DNA of 64,000 nucleotides. Origin: Octopus vulgaris (taxonomy: Eukaryota). Shown piece by piece: positions 29,968-42,309 of the stretch. A program made the position numbers and the translations under genes. Location: positions 54,312,001 to 54,376,000 of the forward strand of contig OX597817.1 of assembly GCA_951406725.2 (NCBI GenBank), in the 5' to 3' direction. Within the stretch, counting starts at the first letter, position 1; each line of letters opens with the position of its first letter. The notes below the pieces were generated by a model. The model had not been told where the DNA came from. It saw only the letters and a list, made by a program, of their open reading frames with translations, and ran no database searches.

Positions 29968-30210
29968 CCTTCTATATAATAAATTAATTTTACTCTGCTA
30001 TGTATTGAGTACCTTACTTACTGTGGTTAACCCCGAATCAACCCGGGACCTACATATATTATATATATATATATATATATACATATATATAGACATACAT
30101 ATATATATATAAGTAATATATATAAGATAGATTCTATAGGTAGATATATATAGGTATATATATATATATATATACATATATGTATACATATATACATATA
30201 TATATATATG

Positions 30211-30263
<53 letters not shown>

Positions 30264-30653
30264 GGCTGTATAGTAAATATTGGCTTCTCGCGCAGTTGAG
30301 TCGTATATGTTAACGTAGTGTTGAGTCGAGTGCAGAGTGACACTTGTGGAGAGTGTCCATGTTTCACTCCACTCACCTTCATTGCATTCTCACGCTTTTG
30401 ATGACTTCATTTGAAAATCACAAGATTTGAATAACTAAGGTTAATTGACAATGGCTGAACGCGCTGCCAACAAATTCCCTCTGCATGCTCAATAAGTACC
30501 ACATTAATTATGTAGTCATAGATAGACTAGGCTTGAAACAGAAATAAAGCAGGATATGATTAAATACGGATTATATCTCATCATAGATATAACATCATAC
30601 ACTCCAGAAATGGAGATGAATACGAAAAGATGTATATATATCTCTATATAGGA

Positions 30654-30792
<139 letters not shown>

Positions 30793-31099
30793 ACAATATA
30801 CTCATATATGTATACACATAAAACAGGTATGTATGTATATACATATATATATATATGTGTGTGTATATATAAACATATATTTACATAAACTCCTTTACAT
30901 CTTTCCCATTATCTACCTTTCTATCTCTCTCCCACTCTCTTTTCTCTCTGCCTCGCTTTTTTTCTCTCTATCTCTCTTTCTTTCTATCTATCTATCCTAT
31001 ATCTACCCATGTATTTCTTTACATTCATATGAATGTATCTGTATACCTTTGCTTGCTTCGAGAGCAAATCTTCCAAAAAGAATAAATAACTCCATGTTT

Positions 31100-31135
<36 letters not shown>

Positions 31136-31288
31136 TTGCATATACGTATATGCGTATGTGTGTGTGTATATATACATGAAGGGCAAGATAATACGAAGAG
31201 AAAGAGAGAAATGGAGCAGGATGTGGGTGTTCACAATGAACATTACACACACACTCTCGTACATTAGACAAGAGAGAGAAAATCTGTA

Positions 31289-31412
<124 letters not shown>

Positions 31413-31705
31413 TCTGGAAGAGGGAAGGTGGTGGGTGAGTGGTGGTGATGTGTGATAGTCCACATTAGCAAGTGTCTGTCATGGCAGTCTAGATTAATAA
31501 GAACGAGATCAATTAGACAGACAGACACATCATGGCATCACCGATTCTTCAGTACTTCGAATCAATTACAGAGAATCTCTTCTAGAATGTTCCAGACATC
31601 AGAGTCACACAGTATGTTGTTCATGTTCACCTAGTGTGCACTCACGTGACGTCTATATACCCTACATGTACTACACACACATACCCACTCATGCACACAT
31701 ATAGG

Positions 31706-31737
<32 letters not shown>

Positions 31738-31992
31738 CATACATTCATACACACATATAGGTATATATGTGTATATATACATATATATTTATGTATGTAT
31801 ATACATATGTGTGTATGTATGTACGTATGTATATGTATATATCATATCTATATATATCATATACGTGTGTTTATGTCTATATATATATGTGTACATGCAT
31901 ACACATATAGCATATGCATATACACACATACACACATATATATATATATACATATACATATACATACATACATATATATATGTATCTGTATA

Positions 31993-32086
<94 letters not shown>

Positions 32087-32500
32087 CTGAAGCATCTACA
32101 TTTACAAGCACCTATATATGTGTCTGTGTGTGTGTGTGATTGTCTAAGTTTGTGCGTTTGTGTATAATTGTTTGTGTCTATGTTTGAATGTGAATGAGTT
32201 CGTATGTGTATGCGTATTAACATTCATTATCATTGAAATACATATAGATATAAAGCGCCTATATGATAAAGATGCATACATACATACATAAATGCACCCC
32301 CGCCGCATATATATATATATATATATACATAATATGCACATATATAATAAAAAGAATATGTGTGTGAGGGCGTATTTATGTGTATATATGTGTATATATG
32401 AATATATATATATATGATATATATATATGTGAGTGTGTGTATATATATATATTATATATATATCATATATATATATATTCATATATACACATATATACAC

Positions 32501-32549
<49 letters not shown>

Positions 32550-32885
32550 CATGCGCATATATGAGTGTATGTATGCATGTATGTATAGCCACGTACGTGA
32601 ATTGAAGAATCTACAAATATTTTTGTACATACATCCTCATAGAGATACGTCTAACTCCGCTGAGCCCCACCCCAATCCCCACCTCATTTCCCACCCCCAC
32701 GTCTTCCCCTGACACACATGCAAATCTCTTTTAGGGTTCACCACCTTTATAGGAAACCATTAGATCCACGAAACGCTTGTTATTTTGTTGTTGTTGTTGT
32801 TCCCTTTTAAAACGCATCTGCTTGTTCTACATTTTTATTTTTAACAAGAAAGGATTGTTTAAACTTCACATACAACCACTCGTTT

Positions 32886-32920
<35 letters not shown>

Positions 32921-34367
32921 CTCTTCTCCTTTCTTTCTCTGCCCCTCTTTTTTCCTTCGTGTCACTTTGCATATGTTCCTCTCTCCCACTGTCTCCCTCC
33001 CTCTGTCGCTCTCTCTGTCTCTCTCCTCCTCTCTTTTCCTCCCTCTTTCTCTTTTGTCTTTGTCTCCATTCTTTGTGTCTTTTGTGTCGTTTTTTTTTAG
33101 TCTTTTGTTTTTTTCTTATTTTCTTTTCATGAAATTAATTTAGGAGAGAAACAAAACTAACAAGTGAAATAATGGAATAATAAAAGAATGGAGAGAATAA
33201 AAATAAATAAATTGGGCAACTTTTATTATTTAATCTGATTTTTAACAATCGTTCAAAAGAAGCGATTTCGAAATGAAGAACTAAAAGAAGCCAAAAATAT
33301 ATAAAAAAATAATAAAAATATAATAAAATCATCAATAAATAAATAAATAAATAAACAACAAAATCTTCATCCTTCCCACCCAGACCCAGCACTGTTTTGA
33401 TACTTATTTTGCAGAGTAATATGAAAAATTAATAATAAAAATTAAAAACAAAATGGCGTCCAATGTAATTTTTCTTTTGATATCGTTACAGGCTGACATT
33501 TTGTTTGGTTTTATATTCTAGTCATTAGAACGAAAATGAAAAGCGCAATAGTAAAAGAGACAAAAATGTGGTTGTTAGAATATTCATTTACATTTTCAGT
33601 CTCACCACATCGCTTTCATTGCTTCTCTCTACACTGCTTTCAATCCACAACCCCACCCGTTTCAAACTCGCCACCTCTCTTCTCTCTCTCTCTCTCCGTC
33701 AATGTCTCTTGCTGTGTTATTATCTCTCTCCTTCTCTCCTTCTCTTTTTCTCCCCTTCTGTGTTTATCAGTCTCTCTTTCTCTCTCTCCCTCTCTGTCAC
33801 CCTTACAGTCTACTATACTCTTTTGTTCATTGACCAAATGAATTAGTGTCAATTGTCTGCGAACTGTGTGATTCTACATCAGTGTGTCGAGTTAGTTCTT
33901 AGTGAAGTCGCTGTCACAGGTTACTGGACTTAATCTCACTGTACTTCTCTCGAATTACCTCTTACCAGACAAAAGAAATCTTCTCTCGCTTTGTTTTTCT
34001 TTTTCACGGTTTCATTTTTTTCATCTTCGGTTCTTTCTTTCTTCCATGTCATCGATGTCTCGCTCTCTTTCTTCATTTATTAAAATGTAAAAGAGATTCA
34101 CACAATTATTGATTTCTTAGACAAGAAAAAGATTTCACATTTGTAGGTCAAGAGAAATGAGATTGGGCGACGTTCATTCAGGATTTACAGAAAAATCTCG
34201 CCAATTTTTATGAAATGAATTTTGCCAAAATAGAAAAATAAAATAAAATAAAATACGTGAAGTTTCTTTGTTGTATTGTTTCCATTGTAATGGGGAAAGG
34301 ATTGGTGGGGTTGCGATGGGAAGGTAACTGTCTTACCTCCCTTCGCAGAACCAATTCAAAGAGGGAA

Positions 34368-34402
<35 letters not shown>

Positions 34403-34652
34403 GAGAGAGAGAGAGAGAAACAGAAGTTGAGCGAAGTACTTTAGTTGTACTTTTATATATCGGTCTCAAAAGGATTAAATAAATTGGCTTCGATGAAATT
34501 TGAACCCAAAGCCCAGAGAACTGGGACACATACTGCAAATCGTTCTATCTAACATTATAGTGGTTCGACAGTTTACTGCTTTGAGAGTCGAAACCCTATC
34601 ACACATCCAAGATTCCTGGGACTGAAGTCTTCCTGTCATAAGGGAATGTTCA

Positions 34653-34684
<32 letters not shown>

Positions 34685-34686
<2 letters not shown>

Positions 34687-35434
34687 GATTTGCTTGTCAG
34701 TTGTTTGACCTTAACCAGTTGAGCATGTCCCTTAGTGGCTGACGATATGTGCATCTCTGATCACGAGCAGAAGTAGTGGGGGAGCATCATAGCCATGTGT
34801 TGAGAGGGATTCTTTGGGGTTTGAATAGTTCACCTCTGGAAATATGGGTGGTTCTTTCTACATCCTTAAGCAACCCTTATTCAGGGACCTTTTGAGCGGG
34901 ATGGGTTACTCAACCTGAAGAAAATTCTAACTGGGCCCCACCTGCAAGGTCATGTGCTGTTTATCTTGATATGAGATCACCATGTCGTGCACATATGGTT
35001 GTGATGCATGTGCCTGGTGTACCTTTATCAGACGGGTAGTCATGATGGGTATATTGGGCTTCGTATATTTTACCCCAGTGTCACTTTGATGGCATGCACT
35101 GCTCTCTCACTCAATAATAATAATAAGAGAGGGATTCTTTGGGGTTTGAATAGTTCACCTCTGGAAACATGGGTGGTTCTTTCAACCTTAAACAACCCTT
35201 ATTCAGGGACCGTTTGAGCGGGATGGGCTACTCGACCTGAAGAAAATTCTAACTGGGCCCCACCTGCAAGGTCATGTGCTGTTTATCTTGATATGAGATC
35301 ACCATGTCGCGCACATATGGTTGTGATGCATGTGCCTGGTGTACCTTTATCAGACGGGTAGTCATGATGGGTATATTGGGCTTTGTATATTTTACCCCAG
35401 TGTCACTTTGATGGCATGAACTGCTCTCTCACTC

Positions 35435-35507
<73 letters not shown>

Positions 35508-35891
35508 GCCCTGATGCAGTACAAGGGCTGAAATTTTGGTGGGAGGGTGCCAGTCGATTAGATCGACGCCAATACGTAGCTGGTACTTAATTTATTGACC
35601 CCGATAGAATGAAAGGCATAGTCGACCTCGGCGGAATTGGCACTCAGAACGTAAAGACGGACGAAAAAGCCACTAAGCCTTTTGTCCGGCGTGCTAACAA
35701 TTCATCCAACTTTTCACCTTAATAATGATAATGATAATAATGATAATGATAATAATGATAATGATGATGATGATGATGATGATAATAACAAATAAACAAA
35801 CATGACTTAAAACAATACCTCCGACTTCGTGGAGGCGGAGGTATTAATAATAATAATAATAATGATGATAATAATAATAATAATAATAATG

Positions 35892-35967
<76 letters not shown>

Positions 35968-35987
35968 TGATGATGATGATGATGATG

Positions 35988-36055
<68 letters not shown>

Positions 36056-36460
36056 TGCCCTGATGCAGTACCAAGCACTGGCTCTCGTCGCTTCTGATCT
36101 TAACTGATTGGAAGTGTTATCACGTACATTGTTTTGTATTGGTATAAAAGATGGGCTACAGCAAATATTCTGATCAATACCACAGATTTGCTTGTCCGTT
36201 GTTTGACCATAACCAGTTGACCATGTCCCTTAGTGGCTGATGATATGTGGATCTCCGATCATGAGCAGAAGTAGTGGGGGAACATCCTAGCCATGTGTTG
36301 AAAGGAATTCTTTGGTGTTGAGATAATTCCCTTCTGGAAACATGGGTATTTCGTTCAACATCCTTAAATAATCCTTATTCAAGGACCTTTTGAGTGGGAT
36401 GGGTTACTCGACCATAAGAAAATTCTAACTGGCCCCCATCTGCAAGGTCATGCGCTGTTT
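34685..36460 (+). mobile_element. Repeat family repeatedly embedded in (AAT)n (copies ~34685-35113, 35127-35434, 36057-36460); probably a non-LTR 3' region or its derivative
   Basis: Three highly similar copies; each begins directly after an (AAT)n tract and the two complete ends read ...GCTCTCTCACTC(AAT)n. Confidence 0.75.
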
Positions 36461-37003
36461 TGGAAATTACTCTCACCCGCAAAATACGCCAATTTGTGGT
36501 TGTGTTATGTTGGAAATTAATTTCCGGACTACTGCACAGCGAGATTGAACCCAACATCATATAATTACAAACCTCTTAATCCACGATGTAGTCTGCCCTA
36601 ATACTCCGCTGATTATTCATTACTTTAACGATTACAGCTGACGAAACTCATTGTTGAAAACTCAGCGGTTTTTAACTTCAGAGGGAAAACGGACATAAAA
36701 AATACCGCCGGCCATTTTATTTGTTGCTCTCCCATTTCATCCCAACTCCATCTCATTCAATAACAGACAAATTGATAATTGCTTCTATCGATTTACGGTA
36801 AGTTTACCGAAAATAGATCATTGCTAACCGAGAGCAGCTTTGATAATCACACGTATTTTATCGCACCACTATTCTCTTATTCCGTTAGTTGCTCTCATAC
36901 AGTATATAAACGTACTATTCATTACCAGACCCTGTACAAAAGGCATTCAGTGCACTGGGTCGGCCCTCTTCTTTGTGCACTCCATTTCTCTCAATTATGA
37001 CTA

Positions 37004-37343
37004 CAGTAATCCCTTAACTATCGCGGGTGTTCAGTTCCAAAACTCCCCGCGATAGGTGAAAATCCGCGAAGTAGAAACAGTCCTGTATAATTTTTATTAT
37101 TATTTTTAGAATTTGTATATTCTTTTACTCTTTTGCTTGTTTCAGTCATTTGACTGCGGCCATGCTGGAGCACCACCTGTAGTCGAGCAAATCGACCCCA
37201 GGACTTATTCTTTATAAGCCTAGTACTTATTCTATCAGTCTATTTTGCCGAACCGCTAAGTTACGGGGAAGTAAACACACTAGCATCGTTTGTCAAGTGA
37301 TGTTGGAGGGACAAGCACAAACACACAAACATACACACACACA

Positions 37344-37386
<43 letters not shown>

Positions 37387-37401
37387 GTATATATATATAT
37401 A

Positions 37402-37451
<50 letters not shown>

Positions 37452-37884
37452 TATACATATATGCGACAGGCTTCTTTCAGTTTCCGTCTACCAAATCCAC
37501 TCACAAGGCTTTGGTCGGCCCGAGGCTATGGTAGAAGATACTTGCCCAAGGAGCCACACAGTGGGACTGAACCCAGAACCATGTGGTTGGTAAGCAAACT
37601 ACTTACCACACAGCTGTATATATTTATTATTATTATTTTTATAATTTGTATATATTTATTTTATTATAAATGCAAAACAACACCACGCAGACGAAATACG
37701 GCTACGCACTTCGCCCGGCGTGCTAACGTTTCTGCCAGCTCGCCGCCTTGAAAATATAAATATCTATCGACCGCAGACCCCCGCGATATACCACGATATA
37801 GATATATTTACATATGTTAGTCAGAAAAATTCATGATGTACTGAGTGCGCTATAGGTGAACCACGATATGCCGAGGCACTACTG
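37004..37884. mobile_element. Pogo/Tigger-like MITE carrying nested SINE insertions
   Basis: TA-CAGTAATCCCT at the left end and GAGGCACTACTG-TA at the right; body matches 20954-21141. Confidence 0.75.
37121..37614 (-). mobile_element. Near full-length family B SINE (head, internal SSR, 3' tail)
   Basis: Head at 37462-37614, tail at 37121-37330; flanked by a duplicated TTATTATTATTTTTA(G/T)AATTTGTATAT. Confidence 0.85.
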
Positions 37885-37965
37885 TAATTCATAAAGACAT
37901 CCAGGCGCATGGATTTTTAATGCACGGTAATACAATATTGGTTTGAAGTTTTTGCACAAGGCCAG

Positions 37966-38072
37966 CAATTTCGGGGAGGGGGATAATTCGGTTACATTAA
38001 CCCGCAGTATTCAACTGGTACCAGTTGAATACTGCGGGTTAATGTAACCGAATTACCCCCTCCCCGAAATTG
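37966..38072. repeat. Near-perfect 107-bp palindrome inside a family A SINE
   Basis: Centre GGT|ACC at 38019/38020; 72 bp perfect (37984-38055) plus 17-bp outer arms with one bulged A. Confidence 0.95.
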
Positions 38073-38233
38073 AAAAGATGAAAGGCAATGTCGCCCTCCG
38101 CGGAATATGAGCTTAGAACGTAAAAACGTATTGGGTGATAATTGTATTTGAGATAGAATTTGTCTGAAAAAAGACGTGATGGTCATAAAAGGAACAGTTA
38201 TGATCAATAGTATCCTTGATTATATATATATAT

Positions 38234-38490
38234 TGGAGGCGCAATGGCCCAGTGGTTAGGGAGGATTGCGGTTTCGATTCCCAGAACGGGCGTTGTGTGT
38301 GTTTATTGAGCGAAAACACCTAAAAGCCCCACGAGGCTCCGGCAGGGGGTGGTGGCGACCCCTGTTGTACACTTTTGCCCCAACTTTCTCTCACTCTGTC
38401 TTCCTCTTTCTTGAGTAACGCTGGGGGGAACACATACGCCATAGAAACCGGGCCGATGAGTCTGGCTAGGCTTGAAAAGGGTGCATAGAT
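38234..38490 (+). mobile_element. Family C SINE head with a family D-like 3' end
   Basis: 5' part matches 25279; 3' GGGGAACACATACGCC...TGGCTAGGCTT matches the tail of the 26094 family. Confidence 0.75.
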
Positions 38491-38551
<61 letters not shown>

Positions 38552-38644
38552 ATAAAATTAATTAAGGGTAGAAATTGATATTTATCAATTAAAACCAGTG
38601 GTGTAGCATATTAAAAAATAATCCGAAGATTAAAATATTTATAT

Positions 38645-38825
38645 ATACCAATTAAGGACTGAACACGAAAAGTGGACGGTCAACATGCTAGATATAGACG
38701 TCAAATCGCCATTCTCCACAAAGATTATGTTCTCAAATCAATTGATTTGAGAACATAATGTGGATTTGACGTCTATATCTAGCATGTTGACCGTCCACTT
38801 TTCGTGTTCAGTCCTTAATTGGTAT
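38645..38825. repeat. Nested fold-back: 63-bp perfect arms around a 36-bp loopless palindrome
   Basis: 38645-38707 is the reverse complement of 38763-38825; ATTATGTTCTCAAATCAA|TTGATTTGAGAACATAAT at 38724-38759. Confidence 0.95.
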
Positions 38826-39702
38826 GTATATATATAGCAAAGTGAAGTTGTAAAGCACCGCATGAGTGGAAATATATATTAAAGAAGGTTTGAAAATGCA
38901 ATTTTTAAACCGACTTTTTCCGGACAAAACAATTTTAAGCAAATATGTCGATACATAAATACTTGTGGAGAATCGATCTCAGATCAGCCAGTAATAAAGT
39001 CTGAAGACGGTAAGACATTGCAGTTGTTGTTAACAATATATTTGCTGCAGAGATTGTTACAGCATAGAAATAAGAGAAAATGCATTGTTCTGTCATACGT
39101 TACTGATTCCAGTCAGTTGGCTGTGGCCATACTGGGGCACTGCCATTATATTGAGATTAATTTTACATGAAATATGATTCCGGAACAATCTTTTCATGAT
39201 GACACATGTCAGAGATATGACATCAGGTCAATATCGATAGGCTTAAGGAGAGGTAGAAGGAGAAGGACTCTGACGGGCGTTTGTACAGATGTGTGTGCGT
39301 GTGTGCGTGTGTGTGTGTGTGATGATTTAGGATTGAGATGTTAACGTGTGAGACTGGACAGCAGGAAAGGTGAATTGGTGCAGACATGTGACAGATGACA
39401 ATAATAATCGAAGAAAAGTAGATTGAAATTTGAGACAGATTGGAAGAGAACAAGATTGAGAAGGAAAAGACGGACATGTTGAGTTAGAAAAAGAGAGAAG
39501 TAGAGAGAAGAGAGAGAGAGAGAGAAAGAGAGAGAAAGGAGGAGAAAGAGAGAGGGAGAGGGAGTCGGGTGGAGAGAGAGAGACGCGTTAAGAGTGAAAG
39601 GGGAGAAATAGAGGAAGATAATATGGAAGAATAATTTTGATTTGACGAAAGAAGGAATGTGATGTTGTGGTCTTCATGGCTTTTGGTAACGAATGTATTC
39701 TC

Positions 39703-40152
39703 TTAACGCATTAGAATTTAAACCGGCCATATTTTGCCTAGATACCTTACAGGTTTTTGTCTTTAAACCAGCCATATCCAGCCTCTCCCACTTAACCTAC
39801 AATGTCATTCTAAAGATAAACAATCACATCATAGAAAGCATTTAAACCGGTCATATTTTGCCAAGAGACTCTACTGGTTTTATCCAGCCTCTCCCACTTA
39901 ACCTGCAATGTCATTCTAAAGATAAACAATCACATCATAGAAAGCATTTAAACCGGTCATATTTTGCCAAGATACTCAACAGGTTTTATCCAGCCATATC
40001 CAACCTCTCCTACTTAACCTGTAATATCATTCTAAAAATAAACAATCACATCATAGAAACCTCAAAGCTACCAGATAATGTATAATTCATTCAATTCAAT
40101 GTACATAAATAAGCTTTATATTCTATAGAGTAATCTGAATGCTAAAGGTCTA
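39703..40152. mobile_element. TTAA-type (piggyBac-like) MITE with an internal ~110-125 bp unit repeated three times
   Basis: Degenerate TTAACCCTTTAGCATT-like ends (TTAACGCATTAGAATT and AATGCTAAAGGTCTAA); three units starting ATTTAAACCGG. Confidence 0.6.
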
Positions 40153-40718
40153 AAAATGACCCTTTTTTCTGAGTGAAATTTTATACCAGAATCGAGATAC
40201 AGTAATCCCTCGCCAAATCGCGATACACCTATTGCGCTTTATTATTTAAGTTAACGTCGTTTTCTCTGTGTTTTGCATTTATAATGAAATAAATATAAAC
40301 AAATTATAAAAATAATAAAAAGAAAATACAGTACAGTACTGTTTTTACGCGAATTTCCACCTATCGTGGGGGTGGGTATTTACAATCTAGACGTAACTTG
40401 CTGAATAACACTGAAGAGGTAAGCTTGTCTGTTGACGAGTTATCTCCCCTTGTTGGTAATAAAGTTTCATGTCTTCAGTAAAAAATAACGACCATAAGAA
40501 ATAAAATTAAGTGGCTTCATTTTTTTTAAATAAACCAACAACAAGCGAAGAATTGAGCCCTCAGTTCTCCTTCACAACACTCTTCAATCCATTAACTCAA
40601 TCTCTCGACCAGTGACTGTCAACCATTTTTTAAACCTATGGAACCAATTGATTCCAACTTTACTCAAATGTACCCTACTAGCAAATTCGATGTTTAAGAG
40701 ATCCTATTGCTATCAATA

Positions 40719-41124
40719 TCTATAAAGCTGAAATGCGAAAAGTTTGTCTCATTTTGGGAGTGGAACGGGTTAAGGGGCACTAGATAGGGTCGGATTGGCT
40801 CCAAAATTTACAGGGACATGTAAAAGAAGGCGAGGAAGTGAGTGGACTACCTTAGACACCCATATACCAAAATCTGTGGTTAATAGGGCAACAAAACTTT
40901 AACAAGAGTTTGTCGTTTCTCCCTTTCGCATATCAGTCTGTCTTCCTCCATCTCTCTCTTTCCTTCCTTCCCTACACATTCCCTCTATAACGACAAATGA
41001 CAGCTTCGCCGTCTCTCTGTCACTCTTTCTTCCACCACTTCTCTCACTGTATGTCTGTCTGTATCTATAGAGAGAAAGCGTTGACAGCCGCAAAAGTTTA
41101 TATATTCCCGCCACGGGTCTTTTA
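40719..41124 (+). mobile_element. Possible non-autonomous Helitron
   Basis: A|TCTATAAAGCTGAA start; small CCCG-CCA-CGGG hairpin before a degenerate TTAG end. Confidence 0.35.
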
Positions 41125-41237
41125 GAACGGTGAATTATTATCACCCACCACCACCGCACAAACATAACATATTATTAATCAGATATATTGTGTTAATTTA
41201 TATATATGTGCGTATATAAATATATATATAATGTGTA

Positions 41238-41280
<43 letters not shown>

Positions 41281-41310
41281 ATATACATGTGTGTAGACAT
41301 GTATATATAA

Positions 41311-42269
41311 CTAGCAGCATAGCCCGGCGTTGCCCGGGTATGTAAGAGCCCCTAGTAGGCAACGACTAATCCCAATCTAGTCCTTTCCCTCTAGGGAACG
41401 AAGGCGCATGTGTAGGTTGCAATGTCTTCTCTTCACTCGAATATTTCTGTGTATACGATGTTCCTAGCTGTCCCTTTGGGCGAAAACATGAAAACATCAT
41501 TGCGCCTCCCAACGCGTGAACAGCCCACGTAGAGTTGACCGTGGGCGGAGCACTGTTCGCCCAACTGTAACCCAGCGACTTGTAGCGTTTGGCCTTGGGA
41601 TTTATTGATGGACATTGCGAAGCAGAGTTTAACAGGAAACTGAGAACGCCTGAAGTGGATTGGTAGGTCAGCGCCCGACGGTTGAAGGTGCATGCGTGGA
41701 ATGAAGATGTCCTCTCCCTTCCCACAACGGGTAAGTATTGTGGCAGTCATTAAATGTGGTGGCAAATGTTTCACACCAGACGTGTGCCGTTGCACTGTTT
41801 AGGTGGAACCAAATTCCTGATTAGCATAATGGGCGCACCGACTTTTAACTTCGAGCTGTGTGGCGGCAGGCCTGGCAGTTAAAGTGAATTCAGGAATTCA
41901 ACAGGATAATCGGCAAGAAAGGCGGGGTCTGCTGTCCTATCAATAGATTTGTAGACGTGGACATCACCAGGAATAGCTTCAAGTAGCTGGATATTGATGG
42001 AGTTGAGAGTTAAAAAGGTCGAGTTGCGTCCCCTAGACAGTCTGTGGTTTGTGTTTCTGATTCTCGACCCCATGTCGAATTTATCGATTTTTTTCAGAAC
42101 TGGGGGAACTTTTCAAAATTTTCGCTGCGTTAGTTTTGAATTATGACATTGGGCTATGTGTGTGTCAAGTTTCATCAGAATCGGTTGAAAGCCGTGGTCA
42201 GGGTGAGGGTACAACCTGACAGACACACAGACACGCAGACAGACAAACTGCCGTTTATATAGAGAGAGA
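41311..42269 (-). mobile_element. Internally deleted Helitron with PIF1-family helicase C-terminal remnants
   Basis: Minus strand A|TC start at 42269 and CTAG|T end at 41311, preceded by the hairpin CCCGG-GCAACG-CCGGG. Peptides YKSID...YPVEFLNSL and RRSQFPVKLCFAMSINKSQGQTL...HGQLYVGCSRV are Helitron RepHel helicase motifs; frameshifted. Confidence 0.95.
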
Positions 42270-42309
42270 TGCGTATATATGTACATATTTAATGCGTATA
42301 TATATATAT

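Larger units (their letters stand above)
27456..29984. repeat. Long inverted repeat: ~1.25 kb arms and ~40 bp spacer (about 28703-28744)
   Basis: Unique blocks mirror each other almost exactly (27456-27670 vs 29770-29984; 28030-28345 vs 29090-29415). The ORF track shows the same peptides on opposite strands ([43 protein letters not shown]). Confidence 0.95.

Noticed and set aside
33855-33940. Possible pre-miRNA hairpin
   Set aside because: Pairing is weak and bulged, and I recognise no conserved miRNA here.
34730-34790. CTGACGA and CTGAAGA boxes in the AAT-associated repeat
   Set aside because: No correctly placed GAAA and no stem I; not a hammerhead.
36630-36700. CTGACGA...GAAA motif
   Set aside because: No cleavage triplet or stem I partner.
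39715-40060. Repeat array considered as CRISPR-like
   Set aside because: Eukaryotic context, whole units duplicated, no unique spacers and no cas genes.
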